A DNA stretch of 64,000 nucleotides from Ostreococcus lucimarinus. Lineage: Eukaryota. Position 1 is the first letter of the stretch, and every line of letters begins with the position of its first letter. The position numbers were made by a program, and so were the translations under genes. The stretch is from the NCBI GenBank assembly GCA_000092065.1, contig CP000586.1. One strand, given 5' to 3'. Positions 20,247 through 29,415 of the stretch are shown piece by piece. Below the pieces are notes generated by a model. The model was not told the DNA's origin and made no database searches. It saw only the letters and a program-made list of their open reading frames with translations.

Positions 20247-20540
20247 CTAGGAAAACGCCCACCGCGCGAAGAAGACGAAGACGAAGACCAAGCACACGAC
20301 TTGCCAAAAATATCCCTGCCTTCTCGCCTGCTCCACGACCTGCGCGAACGCGCGCGCGCTTTCTCTCAGAGCGTCTCTCGCTCGCGCGAAGTCATCGCTC
20401 TGTTCGTCGAGCATTCTTCGCTGCGCGCCGACTTCGTCGTGAATGTCGATGGTGATGTTCTTCAGCGCCGACGCGCGTTCGCTCACGCGGTCGATGTCTC
20501 GATCGTTTTCGCGCTCCATCGCGCGCGTCGCGGCGTGCAT
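20247..20540 (-). CDS. Tail-anchored Qc-SNARE of the Bet1/SFT1 type (~97 aa from MHAAT...). It may extend 5' into the Asp/Thr-rich low-complexity region up to 20810
   Basis: SNARE heptad region ENDRDIDRVSERASALKNITIDIHDEVGAQRRMLDEQSDDFARARDALRESARAFAQV, followed by a single C-terminal TM helix (YFWQVVCLVFVFVFFARWAF) and the stop. The layout matches Bet1/Sft1. Confidence 0.6.
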   Translation of the reverse strand: MHAATRAMERENDRDIDRVSERASALKNITIDIHDEVGAQRRMLDEQSDDFARARDALRESARAFAQVVEQARRQGYFWQVVCLVFVFVFFARWAFS

Positions 20541-20890
20541 CGCGCGTCGGCGACCGCGCTCTGTCGCCGTCGTCGTCGCGTCGTCGTCAGTCGCGTCGTC
20601 GTCGGTCGTCGTCCATCGTCGTCGTCGTCCATCGTCGTCGTCGTCCAGCGTCCATCGCGCATCGTTCGCGTCGTTCGCGTCGCGCGTCGTTCGCGTCCGT
20701 CGCGCGACCTCGCGATCGATTCGCGCGCGTTCCGTCGTCCACCGCGCGCGCGTCGCACCTCTCGCGCGTCCGCGCGCGTCGTCGCGCGTCGCGACGTGCC
20801 GCTCGACCAACGGCTGCGGGACGACGGAACGCGACGCGCGATGCGCTGACGCCGACGCGCGAGAGGTGCGACGCGCGACGCGCTCGAACG

Positions 20891-23569
20891 ATGGCGATGA
20901 TACCGGTCGACGACGCCCTGGCGATCGCGCTCGATGTCGTCGCGCGTGGCGCGCGCGCGACGACGACGAAGACTCGAGTGGAGCGCAGCGCGAACCGCGT
21001 GTCGGCCGAGGACGTGCGCGCGACGACGCCGCATCCCGCGTTCGCGGCGAGCGTCATGGATGGGTACGCGCTGAACGCGCGCGCGAGCGCGGCGGCGATG
21101 CGGGCGAACGACGACGGTGGGGCGACGCGACGATGGGAGTTTGAGATTGTCGACGACGAGGCGTCGCGGGCGGGACCGGCGAAGGCGACGCGCGACGACG
21201 AAGGACGCGAATTTGGCGCCATGGAGTGTGCGTACGTCACCACGGGCGCGGTGTTACCTCGAGGATGTGATTGCGTCGTGCCGGAGGAAGCGTGCGAGGT
21301 GGTGAGGGAGGGATCTGGACGCGCGCGCGCGGACTCGAGCGACGTCGTTTCGGGAAAGTGGACGCGCGCCGTCGGGAGCGACGTGCGAGGCCGAGGGGAA
21401 GTTTTGATCGCGAAAGGTGAACGGTTGAGCGCGTATGATGTTGGCGTGCTAAAGTACGCTCGGGATGTCGTTGAGACGTACGAGCCTCCGCGCGTTCGCG
21501 TTTTGAGCACGGGCGATGAGTTGGCGGCGAGTGCGAGCGACGTCGCCGTTCGCGGATGCGTCGTGGACACAAACGGTCCGATGTTGGAAGCGCTGTGCGG
21601 TGAAGAGGGCGCAGAAGTAATATCGCGCGATATAGTGCGAGACGACGAGGCTGCGACGAGGGCAGCGTTCGAAATGGCCGTCGCCGACGCTTCGTGCGAC
21701 GCGCTCATCACCTCTGGCGGCGCCTCGGTGGGTGACAGAGATTTCGTGAAACAGACGATCGAAGGTCTCGGTGGGAAGATTTACTTTAGACGTTTGGCGA
21801 TGAAACCGGGGAAGCCGACGATGTTCGCGACGATTCCTAGAGCGACGGGTCCGCCACTTCTCGTATTCGCACTGCCGGGCAATCCTGTCAGCGCGGCGGT
21901 GACGTTTACGCTCATCGTCGCGCCGTGCATTCGCGCGCTCGGTGGAGTTCGCGAATCTGGACTTCGGCGCATCCATTGCGTATTAGATGAGACGTTACGT
22001 CTCGACCCAGAGCGCGCTGAGTATCATCGCGTCACACTAGATTGGACGCGGGGGAACTTACCCGTCGCGCGCTCCACTGGCGCGCAAATCAGTAGCCGCT
22101 TACTGTCCATGCGAAACGCGGACGCGCTAATCGAGCTTCCGCGAGGACCAGGGGTGGTGGAAAAAGGCGCCATCGCGAGTGCGCTGTTGATTTCAGATGT
22201 AAGACACGCGAAAGGTGCGAACATGGAGAAAATACAATGGCCCAAAAAGTCACGCGGCGACGAGAGTCGGCGTTCGAACGAGGCGCTCGACTCCATCGTG
22301 ACCGTGCTCGACGCCGAGGGATCCGTCCGGGATTTGAAACGCGTCGTAGGGCTTGAAGAAGACGCGAGGCGTCATTGCCGTGCCGCCGGAGATTGCGTGG
22401 ACGCGCTTAATGAACTGAGGATGTATTCAGATGGCGATTCCACGCACGTTGCGGTGACAGACGCGCAGTCGCCAGGATTACGAAGAGGAATCGCAACAAC
22501 TTTGGAACGACTGCGCGTCGTCACGCCGATTGGCGACGTTATCACTAAACGCGCGTATGCCCGCGTGGGTTTAGTTGGGAATCCGTCCGATGCATACGGA
22601 GGCAAGTGTGTGGCGTTTACCATTTCAAACTTTTTCGCTGAAGCGTCGCTACGCCGAACGCCATCATCGAAGCGCGTAACGTTCGCGCCGGGCCCGTACG
22701 ACGGAAACGCGTTCGATTCATTCGACGCCTTGTCGACGCACGTATCCCAACACGGTGTCGATGGTGGTGTGCGTCTACTTAAGTCGCTATGTTGCAACCT
22801 CATGCGATATTGCGAGTCGACAAAGCAGAGAATCGATACGTCATGTGGCTTTGAGATGTCATACACGTCGAACATCCCGAAACAAACCGGCTTGAGCGGT
22901 TCGAGCGCCATCGTCATCGCCGCGATGAGATGTCTTCTCGAAATGTATAGAATCAACATTTCGTTGGATGATCAGACCGAGCTGGCTTTACGCGTCGAGC
23001 GCGATGTCGGCATCAACGCCGGACCGATGGATAGAGTCGCGCAGGTGTATGAAGGCGCGGTGTTTATGGATTTCACAAAACCGCGCGCGTCAACAGCATG
23101 CGGTTGGCGCATTCACGGTGAATACACGCGCGTGGAGACGGATGAATTGCCTCCTTTGTATCTCGTGTGGGCCAAAGACAACGAGAGTGAGAGCTCTCGA
23201 ATTCACGCCGACGTTCGGCGTCGATGGGACGCTGGAGACGCGGATGTCGCAACGTCGATGTCGCGCCTCGCGTCGCTCGCCGACGACGTATTCAAAGCTA
23301 TGGCAACGCGACAAATCAACGTCGAAGAACTCAAAACGTCGATCGACACGAACTTTGATATTCGTCGAGCGCTTTTCGGTGATCAAGCGATCGGCGCGTT
23401 GAATGTAACACTCGTCTCGGTGTGTCGCGAACGCGCGGGTTGTGCGGCAAAGTTTGCCGGCAGCGGTGGCGCTTGCGTCGTCGTTTGCGAAAACGACAGA
23501 GCGCGCGCTTTAAAGGAAGCGTGCGACGCGCACGGGTTCGAAGTCGAACGCGTCGTCGTGCGAAAGTAA
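20891..23569 (+). CDS. Single 892-aa ORF encoding a complete MoeA/gephyrin-E-type molybdopterin molybdenumtransferase (aa 1 to ~440) followed, after a ~70-aa linker, by a complete GHMP-family glucuronokinase (aa ~510-892)
   Basis: MoeA: MIPVDDALAIAL…SVMDGYAL…, SGGASVGDRDFV, LAMKPGKPTMFA, LPGNPVSAAVTF, MoeA_C beta-barrel (HRVTLDWTRGNLPVARSTGAQISSRLLSMRNADALIELPRG). Glucuronokinase: RAYARVGLVGNPSDAYGGKCVAFTISNF, GGVRLLKSLCCNLMRYC, SNIPKQTGLSGSSAIVIAAMRCLLEMY, GPMDRVAQVYEGAVFMDF, NFDIRRALFGDQAIG, KFAGSGGACVVVC (near-collinear with plant GlcAK). There is no in-frame stop between the two halves. An in-frame ATG (MYSDGD) lies 38 codons before the kinase core. Confidence 0.75.
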   Translation: MAMIPVDDALAIALDVVARGARATTTKTRVERSANRVSAEDVRATTPHPAFAASVMDGYALNARASAAAMRANDDGGATRRWEFEIVDDEASRAGPAKATRDDEGREFGAMECAYVTTGAVLPRGCDCVVPEEACEVVREGSGRARADSSDVVSGKWTRAVGSDVRGRGEVLIAKGERLSAYDVGVLKYARDVVETYEPPRVRVLSTGDELAASASDVAVRGCVVDTNGPMLEALCGEEGAEVISRDIVRDDEAATRAAFEMAVADASCDALITSGGASVGDRDFVKQTIEGLGGKIYFRRLAMKPGKPTMFATIPRATGPPLLVFALPGNPVSAAVTFTLIVAPCIRALGGVRESGLRRIHCVLDETLRLDPERAEYHRVTLDWTRGNLPVARSTGAQISSRLLSMRNADALIELPRGPGVVEKGAIASALLISDVRHAKGANMEKIQWPKKSRGDESRRSNEALDSIVTVLDAEGSVRDLKRVVGLEEDARRHCRAAGDCVDALNELRMYSDGDSTHVAVTDAQSPGLRRGIATTLERLRVVTPIGDVITKRAYARVGLVGNPSDAYGGKCVAFTISNFFAEASLRRTPSSKRVTFAPGPYDGNAFDSFDALSTHVSQHGVDGGVRLLKSLCCNLMRYCESTKQRIDTSCGFEMSYTSNIPKQTGLSGSSAIVIAAMRCLLEMYRINISLDDQTELALRVERDVGINAGPMDRVAQVYEGAVFMDFTKPRASTACGWRIHGEYTRVETDELPPLYLVWAKDNESESSRIHADVRRRWDAGDADVATSMSRLASLADDVFKAMATRQINVEELKTSIDTNFDIRRALFGDQAIGALNVTLVSVCRERAGCAAKFAGSGGACVVVCENDRARALKEACDAHGFEVERVVVRK

Positions 23570-23641
23570 GTTCGATAGCATAGATAGAATGATGAAAGGA
23601 CGAAAGGACGAAAATCGTTGTGAACGTTGAAAGTTTTGCTA

Positions 23642-25270
23642 CTACATGGATACGTGCGCGGCGATGCCCACTTGAAACCCGTCGCTGACGCGATCGTTTG
23701 TCCCCGCGCGCACGACTTTGCCGTAATTCATTTCGATCTGACCGATCGGCAACGGCCAAACAATGCCAACGCCCAAAGACGCGCGCGTGGCGTCGCGAAC
23801 AACCTTGATCGCGTCTTTCGGCGCCCCTGACAGAGCGGCGAGCGGTAAGAGCGTCCCGGCGGTCGCAAACGCGTGGAAATGAATCCCAGCCTCCCTCATG
23901 GCTTCAAATTTCTCTCCCGGAATATCCATCTGCAACGCAGCCGTGGCGCTCCACACGAAATCGCCTCCTAAAGCGTCTCTCGTGAGCGACGGTTCTCCAT
24001 CTTCGGCGCTCGACGGCGTCTTTGCGCCCGGTGATTCCTCCGCCGCTGCGGTCTTTTTCGTTCCACGACGCGCGTCACTCGGGCCAACGCCGTTATTTTC
24101 GAACTGGCGCAGACACCCGACGCCACCTAAGAAGAATCTATCCGCAATGCACGTCCTACTGTCACCATCGTTGCCAGATTTCCCCCACGGAAATAACACG
24201 CCAAAGCGCCCAGACGCCGACGCCGTGATACCGCGCGACGCGTCCAACGTCTCAACGACGTGCGCGCTGACTTCAGACTTAACGAACTTTGCCGCGAGCG
24301 CGTTATCCATAAACCCGATGCCCGCTAACTCGGACCGAATCTTCCACAAATAGCCCGACGTCGGCCTCACCTGTCTGTCGAGGCGGTCGGAGACGTACGT
24401 GTGCGTCACCGCCGACTTGAGCGAGTGTCCGAGCTGACGTCGAACTTCCCGGCTAGCCATGCGCGTTGGATCTTGAACATCTCGCCACGCGATTTCGTAA
24501 TCCACCGTTCCCGGTCCGTCACCCGCGACGCCCACGCGAATGCCCCTCGACGTCACGTCGAATGAGCTCAACTTTTTAAAGCACTCGACGGACTGAAAAG
24601 CGCGCGCGTCCAAATTTACGTCGCTCCCGTAAAGTTTTGGTTGTTCCCACGCCGCAGAGTACGTCGAGCTCGAATTCTGCCCCTTGATGAGTTCGACCTC
24701 AAACTTTTCCCCGTACCCGAGCGGGTTGCGCAGCCCAAACGTCGCCTCCGCCTCGCCCTCGCCGCGTTTGCTCACGTACGTTCCGACTTTAAAATGAAAC
24801 GCGTCTTTTTCCTCCACGCTCACCACCACCTTCGCCCCCGGCACGTCCCCACCGTCCAACCGTCCTCCCTCGTGATCCGCATCGATCACGATCGCGACGT
24901 CTTTAAATATCCCGTATTCATACAGCCTCGCGTTCGCCGCGAAGAGCGCGTCCTTGATCCCGTCCAGCGTCCTCGCCTCGTACGCCCTCGCCAACTCTCG
25001 TTCGATCACCGACGCTCGCGTCCGTTCGTTTCCTCGTATCTCGATCGACGACACCGCGCACGCGTCATCGCGCACTCGGTCGTACCGCGCTCGGAATTCA
25101 TTCACCGGCGGCGTCGACGTCGTCGCCCCCGCGTCCGCCGACGCCGAGGATTCCGCCGACGCCGAGGATTCCGCCGCGTCCGCCGCGTCCGACGTCGCGT
25201 CGCGTCGTTCGCCTCGCGCCGTGAAGCTCGCGTCGTCGTCGCGCGCGTCCGTCGTCGTCGTCGTCGCCAT
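23642..25270 (-). CDS. Omp85-family outer-membrane beta-barrel protein with one POTRA domain (SAM50-like / Toc75-V-like), ~543 aa from MATTTTTD...
   Basis: POTRA-like SSIEIRGNERTRASVIERELARA…, Bac_surface_Ag/D15 region including FFLGGVGCLRQFENNGVGP, and alternating amphipathic beta-strands to the C-terminus. ORF 23642..25858(-), with the 5' part an R/S-rich artefact. Confidence 0.75.
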   Translation of the reverse strand: MATTTTTDARDDDASFTARGERRDATSDAADAAESSASAESSASADAGATTSTPPVNEFRARYDRVRDDACAVSSIEIRGNERTRASVIERELARAYEARTLDGIKDALFAANARLYEYGIFKDVAIVIDADHEGGRLDGGDVPGAKVVVSVEEKDAFHFKVGTYVSKRGEGEAEATFGLRNPLGYGEKFEVELIKGQNSSSTYSAAWEQPKLYGSDVNLDARAFQSVECFKKLSSFDVTSRGIRVGVAGDGPGTVDYEIAWRDVQDPTRMASREVRRQLGHSLKSAVTHTYVSDRLDRQVRPTSGYLWKIRSELAGIGFMDNALAAKFVKSEVSAHVVETLDASRGITASASGRFGVLFPWGKSGNDGDSRTCIADRFFLGGVGCLRQFENNGVGPSDARRGTKKTAAAEESPGAKTPSSAEDGEPSLTRDALGGDFVWSATAALQMDIPGEKFEAMREAGIHFHAFATAGTLLPLAALSGAPKDAIKVVRDATRASLGVGIVWPLPIGQIEMNYGKVVRAGTNDRVSDGFQVGIAAHVSM

Positions 25271-26094
25271 CGCGTCGTCGTCGTCGTCGTCTGCGGTGAC
25301 GAAGTCGACGCATCCATCCGGCCGGCGATCCCATCCCAGCCATCGTCCGCTCGAGTCCCCCTCGCGACGGTTCACGACTCGTCCGCGTCGACGCCCGTTC
25401 GCCCGCGCGTCACTGCGCGACGCGACGCGACGCGACGGACGACGGACGACGGACGACGGACGACGCGCGAGCGCGCGAGCGACGAACGGTGAACGACCGC
25501 GGTGCGACGCGCGACGCGACGCGACGCGAGGACGCGACGCGAGGACGCGCGCGACGGATGATTCGGATTCGCATTCAAAAGGGGAACGGCTGTCGAACGA
25601 CGACCGACGACGACGACGACCGACGACGACGACTGACGAAGACACCGACATCGCGCGCGCGACGGGGTGAAATAGGACGAGGATACATGTTTCGCAGACG
25701 AGAGACGGCGGGTGGGATGGCGACGCCGACGGCGTTGCGGACGGCGACGAACGACGACGGGGACGAAGCGCGGACGCCGACGCCGCTGAGAAGCGCGTTG
25801 AAGAAGGGTGCGAGACGCGACGCGACGCGACGCGATGCGATGGGTGAGGGATGGGCAATGCATGCGCGACGATGATCTATCGATGACGCGCGACTGACGG
25901 ATGGGCGAACGCGCGCAGGTGGATTGAGTAAAGCTCGCGTCGTCGTGGAGAGCGACGGGTTCAAGTATAAAAAACGCAAGAGCGCGAAGGGCGCGCTGGG
26001 GGTGACTATTTCGGAGCCGCTTTGGGCGATCGAACGGGCGTCTTCGCGCGCGTTGGTGGTGGGAGCGACGACGACGTCTTCGAACGGCGCGCAC

Positions 26095-26727
26095 ATGTCG
26101 TCCGATGAAGCGCGCGGAAGGGAAGATTTCCACGAACAACTTCCAAACAACATGCCCGAAGACGAGCGCATGCAACTGCTGTGCGAGAGCGTGTGCGCGG
26201 CGGAGTGCGCGGCGGTGGTGCCGCAGTTGAAGGGCGACAACGCGTTCGCGGCGAACGCGATTAGTGACGCGTTACAAGAGTTTCAGTTGCGCGTCGAGCA
26301 GTTATTGATTGATGAGGAGGTAAAGTTTGCCGAAGGACCGCAAACCGTCGCGGCGAAGATTGACGCGCGCAAGGCGCAGTTGCGAGCGCTCCGAGACGCG
26401 CTCGAGCAAGAGTCCACGCAGTGGTCTTGCATGCTCGAAGGTTCGGCGAAAAAAGTCACCGCGGAGGTGCCCGTCATAGATACCTCCGAACTCGGTCCGA
26501 GCGAAGCCGGTTCGCTCGCCGAGGCGTGCGAAAACACCCAGCGACGGTTGCTGTTACAAACCGAAGGCGCGAGAGGCTTGGTCGAAGGCGTCGAGAGTTT
26601 GTGCGTCCGCGCCGAGCGCGCGTGTGAAGTTTTCGCGAGTGCGATCGCCGCGAACGATTTCCGTTCGCTGCCGTCGTACCAGTCACCGCACCGATTAATC
26701 TCGAGTCTCATCGGAGGCGCGAGGTAA
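26095..26727 (+). CDS. Hypothetical protein (~210 aa from ATG MSSDEARG...; the track start at 25924 is a TTG)
   Basis: Mixed-composition helical ORF (…LQEFQLRVEQLLIDEEVKFAEGPQTVAAKIDARKAQLRALRDALEQ…). No family recognised. Confidence 0.3.
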   Translation: MSSDEARGREDFHEQLPNNMPEDERMQLLCESVCAAECAAVVPQLKGDNAFAANAISDALQEFQLRVEQLLIDEEVKFAEGPQTVAAKIDARKAQLRALRDALEQESTQWSCMLEGSAKKVTAEVPVIDTSELGPSEAGSLAEACENTQRRLLLQTEGARGLVEGVESLCVRAERACEVFASAIAANDFRSLPSYQSPHRLISSLIGGAR

Positions 26728-26844
26728 AGCCTCGCTGTAATAAAACTGATCCTTCCTCACTCGCCGTCGTCGTGTTCGCGGCTTCATCGCGTCCTCCCGC
26801 CCTCGTCCCGTCCCTCGGTCGCTCGAAAACATCAAAGGTACGGC

Positions 26845-27837
26845 ATGGGATTCGGTCAACTCGTCACCGGCCCGCCGGGCGCGGGAAAGACGACGTACTG
26901 CGTCGGCATGAAGCACTTTTACGAGCTTCGTGGACGACGCGTGGCGATCGTCAACTTAGATCCAGCGAACGACGTGGCGCCGTACGAAGCCGCGGTATCG
27001 CTCGAAGACCTCATATCCGTCGATGAAGTGCAAGAGGAGCTCGGACTCGGGCCGAACGGGGCGATGATTTACTGCATGGAGTATTTGGAAAAGAACGCCG
27101 ACTGGTTGCGGGACGCGTTGACGCCGCTTCGGGACACGCACTACTTCATCTTCGATTGCCCGGGGCAATTGGAGTTGTTCAACGTGCACGGATCTTTCCG
27201 TAATGTGCTGCATCGAATGATGAATGAGTGGGATTATCGACTGTGCACGGTGCATTTGAGTGATTCACACCTGTGTTGCGACCCGGGCTCGTACGTCAGC
27301 GCGTTGCTCGTGACGCTCCAGTCGATGTTGCATTTAGAGACACCGCACGTGAGCGTGTTGAGCAAAATCGACATGCTGGAACAATACGGCGAGTTGGCGT
27401 TCAGCTTAGACTACTATGCGGAGGTGATGGATTTAGATTATATAGTGGAACACATCGGAAACGATCCGAAACTCGCCAAGTATAAAAAGCTCACGAGCGG
27501 GTTGTGCGAAGTCATCGAGGACTTCGGGCTCGTGCGCTTCGTACCGATGTCGATCGAAGACGAAGAAACGGTGAGCAGAGTAGCGACGTTAGTGGATAAG
27601 TCCATCGGGTATTCACTCGGCGTGCACAAAGGCGCACGTCTCGGCACGGAGGAGCTTCGCGAACGCGCCGCGCGCGGTGACGAGGACGAGGACGAAGAGG
27701 CGTTCGACATGCGCAACGCCGTCGCGAAGGCGCCAGCGATCGAATCGTACTCGCAAAACCTCGAAATTCAGGAGCGATACTTCCCCAAGAGCGACCGTAA
27801 CGACGATGGCGGATCGAAAACCCCGACCGCGGAGTAG
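26845..27837 (+). CDS. GPN2: GPN-loop GTPase 2 (GPN2, 330 aa)
   Basis: MGFGQLVTGPPGAGKTTYC (P-loop), LGLGPNGAMIYCMEYL (eponymous GPN motif), FDCPGQLELF and overall collinearity with GPN2. Confidence 0.9.
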   Translation: MGFGQLVTGPPGAGKTTYCVGMKHFYELRGRRVAIVNLDPANDVAPYEAAVSLEDLISVDEVQEELGLGPNGAMIYCMEYLEKNADWLRDALTPLRDTHYFIFDCPGQLELFNVHGSFRNVLHRMMNEWDYRLCTVHLSDSHLCCDPGSYVSALLVTLQSMLHLETPHVSVLSKIDMLEQYGELAFSLDYYAEVMDLDYIVEHIGNDPKLAKYKKLTSGLCEVIEDFGLVRFVPMSIEDEETVSRVATLVDKSIGYSLGVHKGARLGTEELRERAARGDEDEDEEAFDMRNAVAKAPAIESYSQNLEIQERYFPKSDRNDDGGSKTPTAE

Positions 27838-28185
27838 ACGCAGTAGACTTAGTGTAGAGCAATCGACGCCGCGCGCGCGACGTCGGAAATGATACAAAAT
27901 TAAAACAAAATGCGCGCGCGCATCGCCTACGTCTGCGAAACAAAGGAGCAACGCGCGGTCAGCGCCACGTTCACCGCGCGCGATGGACAAAAAAAATCCA
28001 AGCGAATGTCCCGGGAATTGCTCACGGCTTCGACGTCGACCGATACGACGGAAGCCCCGATTGTCCCCGGCAATTTTATATCGCGTGTTATTATTTTATG
28101 ATGGTTCATCGCACAGGTGGGTATCAACCACCCTCGATCGACGAACCCGTCCCACACGCTTTTCCCTTCTCGCGAAAAAGTCGCG

Positions 28186-28225
28186 CTCGCGTTCGCGTTC
28201 GCGTTCGCGTTCGCGTTCGCCTCGC
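28186..28225. repeat. (GCGTTC)n hexanucleotide microsatellite, ~6.5 units, in the proteasome alpha-2 upstream region
   Basis: 'gcgttcgcgttcgcgttcgcgttcgcgttcgc' read directly. Confidence 0.8.
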
Positions 28226-28423
28226 CTCGAGTCGGGTCAGAGCAAAGATGACATCGTGTGCGTTCGTGTCTTCACGCGTCCATCGCCGATCGACGGGCGT
28301 CGGAGAGAAGATTAGCGTACGCGTGTGACTCATCATCCCCGTCGCGCGGTCGCCGTCGCGTCGCGCCGTCCCGTCGCACCTCTCCACCGTTCCGACGCAA
28401 AACCTCACCGCCGCGCGTCGTCG

Positions 28424-28457
<34 letters not shown>

Positions 28458-28656
28458 CGCGTCGCCGCGCCGTCCCTTCGCGCCGCGCCGCGCCGTCCTT
28501 CGCGCCGTCCTTCGCGCCGCGCCGCCGCGTCGACGCGCGTCGCGTCTTGACGTCGTCGCGTCTGACGTCGCGCGGTCGACGCGATCTCACGACGAACGGG
28601 CGACGTCAAAACGCGACGCGACGCGCGACCGGCTCGAACGCGCGCGGACGCGCGGC

Positions 28657-29364
28657 ATGAGCGATGGAAGGTACTCGTTCTCCCTCACGACATTCTCCCC
28701 GAGCGGAGAGCTGGTGCAGATAAAACACGCGCTCGCCGCGATCGGGGCGGGGGCGACGAGCCTCGGGATCAAGGCGAAGGATGGTGTCGTGCTGGCGACG
28801 GAGAAGAAAGTGCCGAGCGCGCTCGTGGACGCGACGACGGTGAAGAAGATCGCGCTGCTGACGGATGAGATCGGGATGACGTACAGCGGGATGGGACCGG
28901 ACTTTAGAGTGCTGACGCGAATGGCGAGGAAGGAGACGCAGACGTATTACCGGACGTATAAGGAGAGCGCGCCGGTGAGCCAGTTGGTGCGAGAGACGGC
29001 GACGACGATGCAAGAGTTTACGCAACAAGGTGGTGTGCGACCGTTCGGGGTGTCGTTGCTCGTCGCGGGGTACGATGAGAGCGGACCGAGTTTGTATCAA
29101 GTCGATCCGAGCGGGTCGTACTTTGCGTGGAAGGCGAGCGCCATCGGAAAGAATATGGTCAACGCGAAGACGTTCTTGGAGAAACGGTATAGCGATGACA
29201 TAGAATTGGAAGATGCGATTCACACCGCGATTCTGACGCTCAAAGAAGGTTTCGATGGGCAGATTTCTGCGGAGAACATTGAAATCGGCGTCGTCGGCGT
29301 CGACAGGAAATTTCGAGTGCTCACCTCGAGCGAAATCGCAGATTACCTCGAAGAAGTCGAATAA
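28657..29364 (+). CDS. PSMA2: Proteasome subunit alpha type-2 (235 aa, single exon)
   Basis: [29 protein letters not shown]…[15 protein letters not shown]…[20 protein letters not shown]…IEIGVV. ATG verified at 28657. ORF 28258.. carries an upstream R/S-rich artefact extension. Confidence 0.93.
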   Translation: MSDGRYSFSLTTFSPSGELVQIKHALAAIGAGATSLGIKAKDGVVLATEKKVPSALVDATTVKKIALLTDEIGMTYSGMGPDFRVLTRMARKETQTYYRTYKESAPVSQLVRETATTMQEFTQQGGVRPFGVSLLVAGYDESGPSLYQVDPSGSYFAWKASAIGKNMVNAKTFLEKRYSDDIELEDAIHTAILTLKEGFDGQISAENIEIGVVGVDRKFRVLTSSEIADYLEEVE

Positions 29365-29415
29365 GCGTCGCTAGTTCTAGATTTACTTAATGATATGCTA
29401 CTTTGCTACTTTGTT

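Noticed and set aside
27910-28101. 63-aa ATG ORF in the GPN2-PSMA2 spacer
   Set aside because: It has no recognisable family and overlaps a likely promoter/5' UTR region containing a microsatellite, so there is insufficient support to call a gene.
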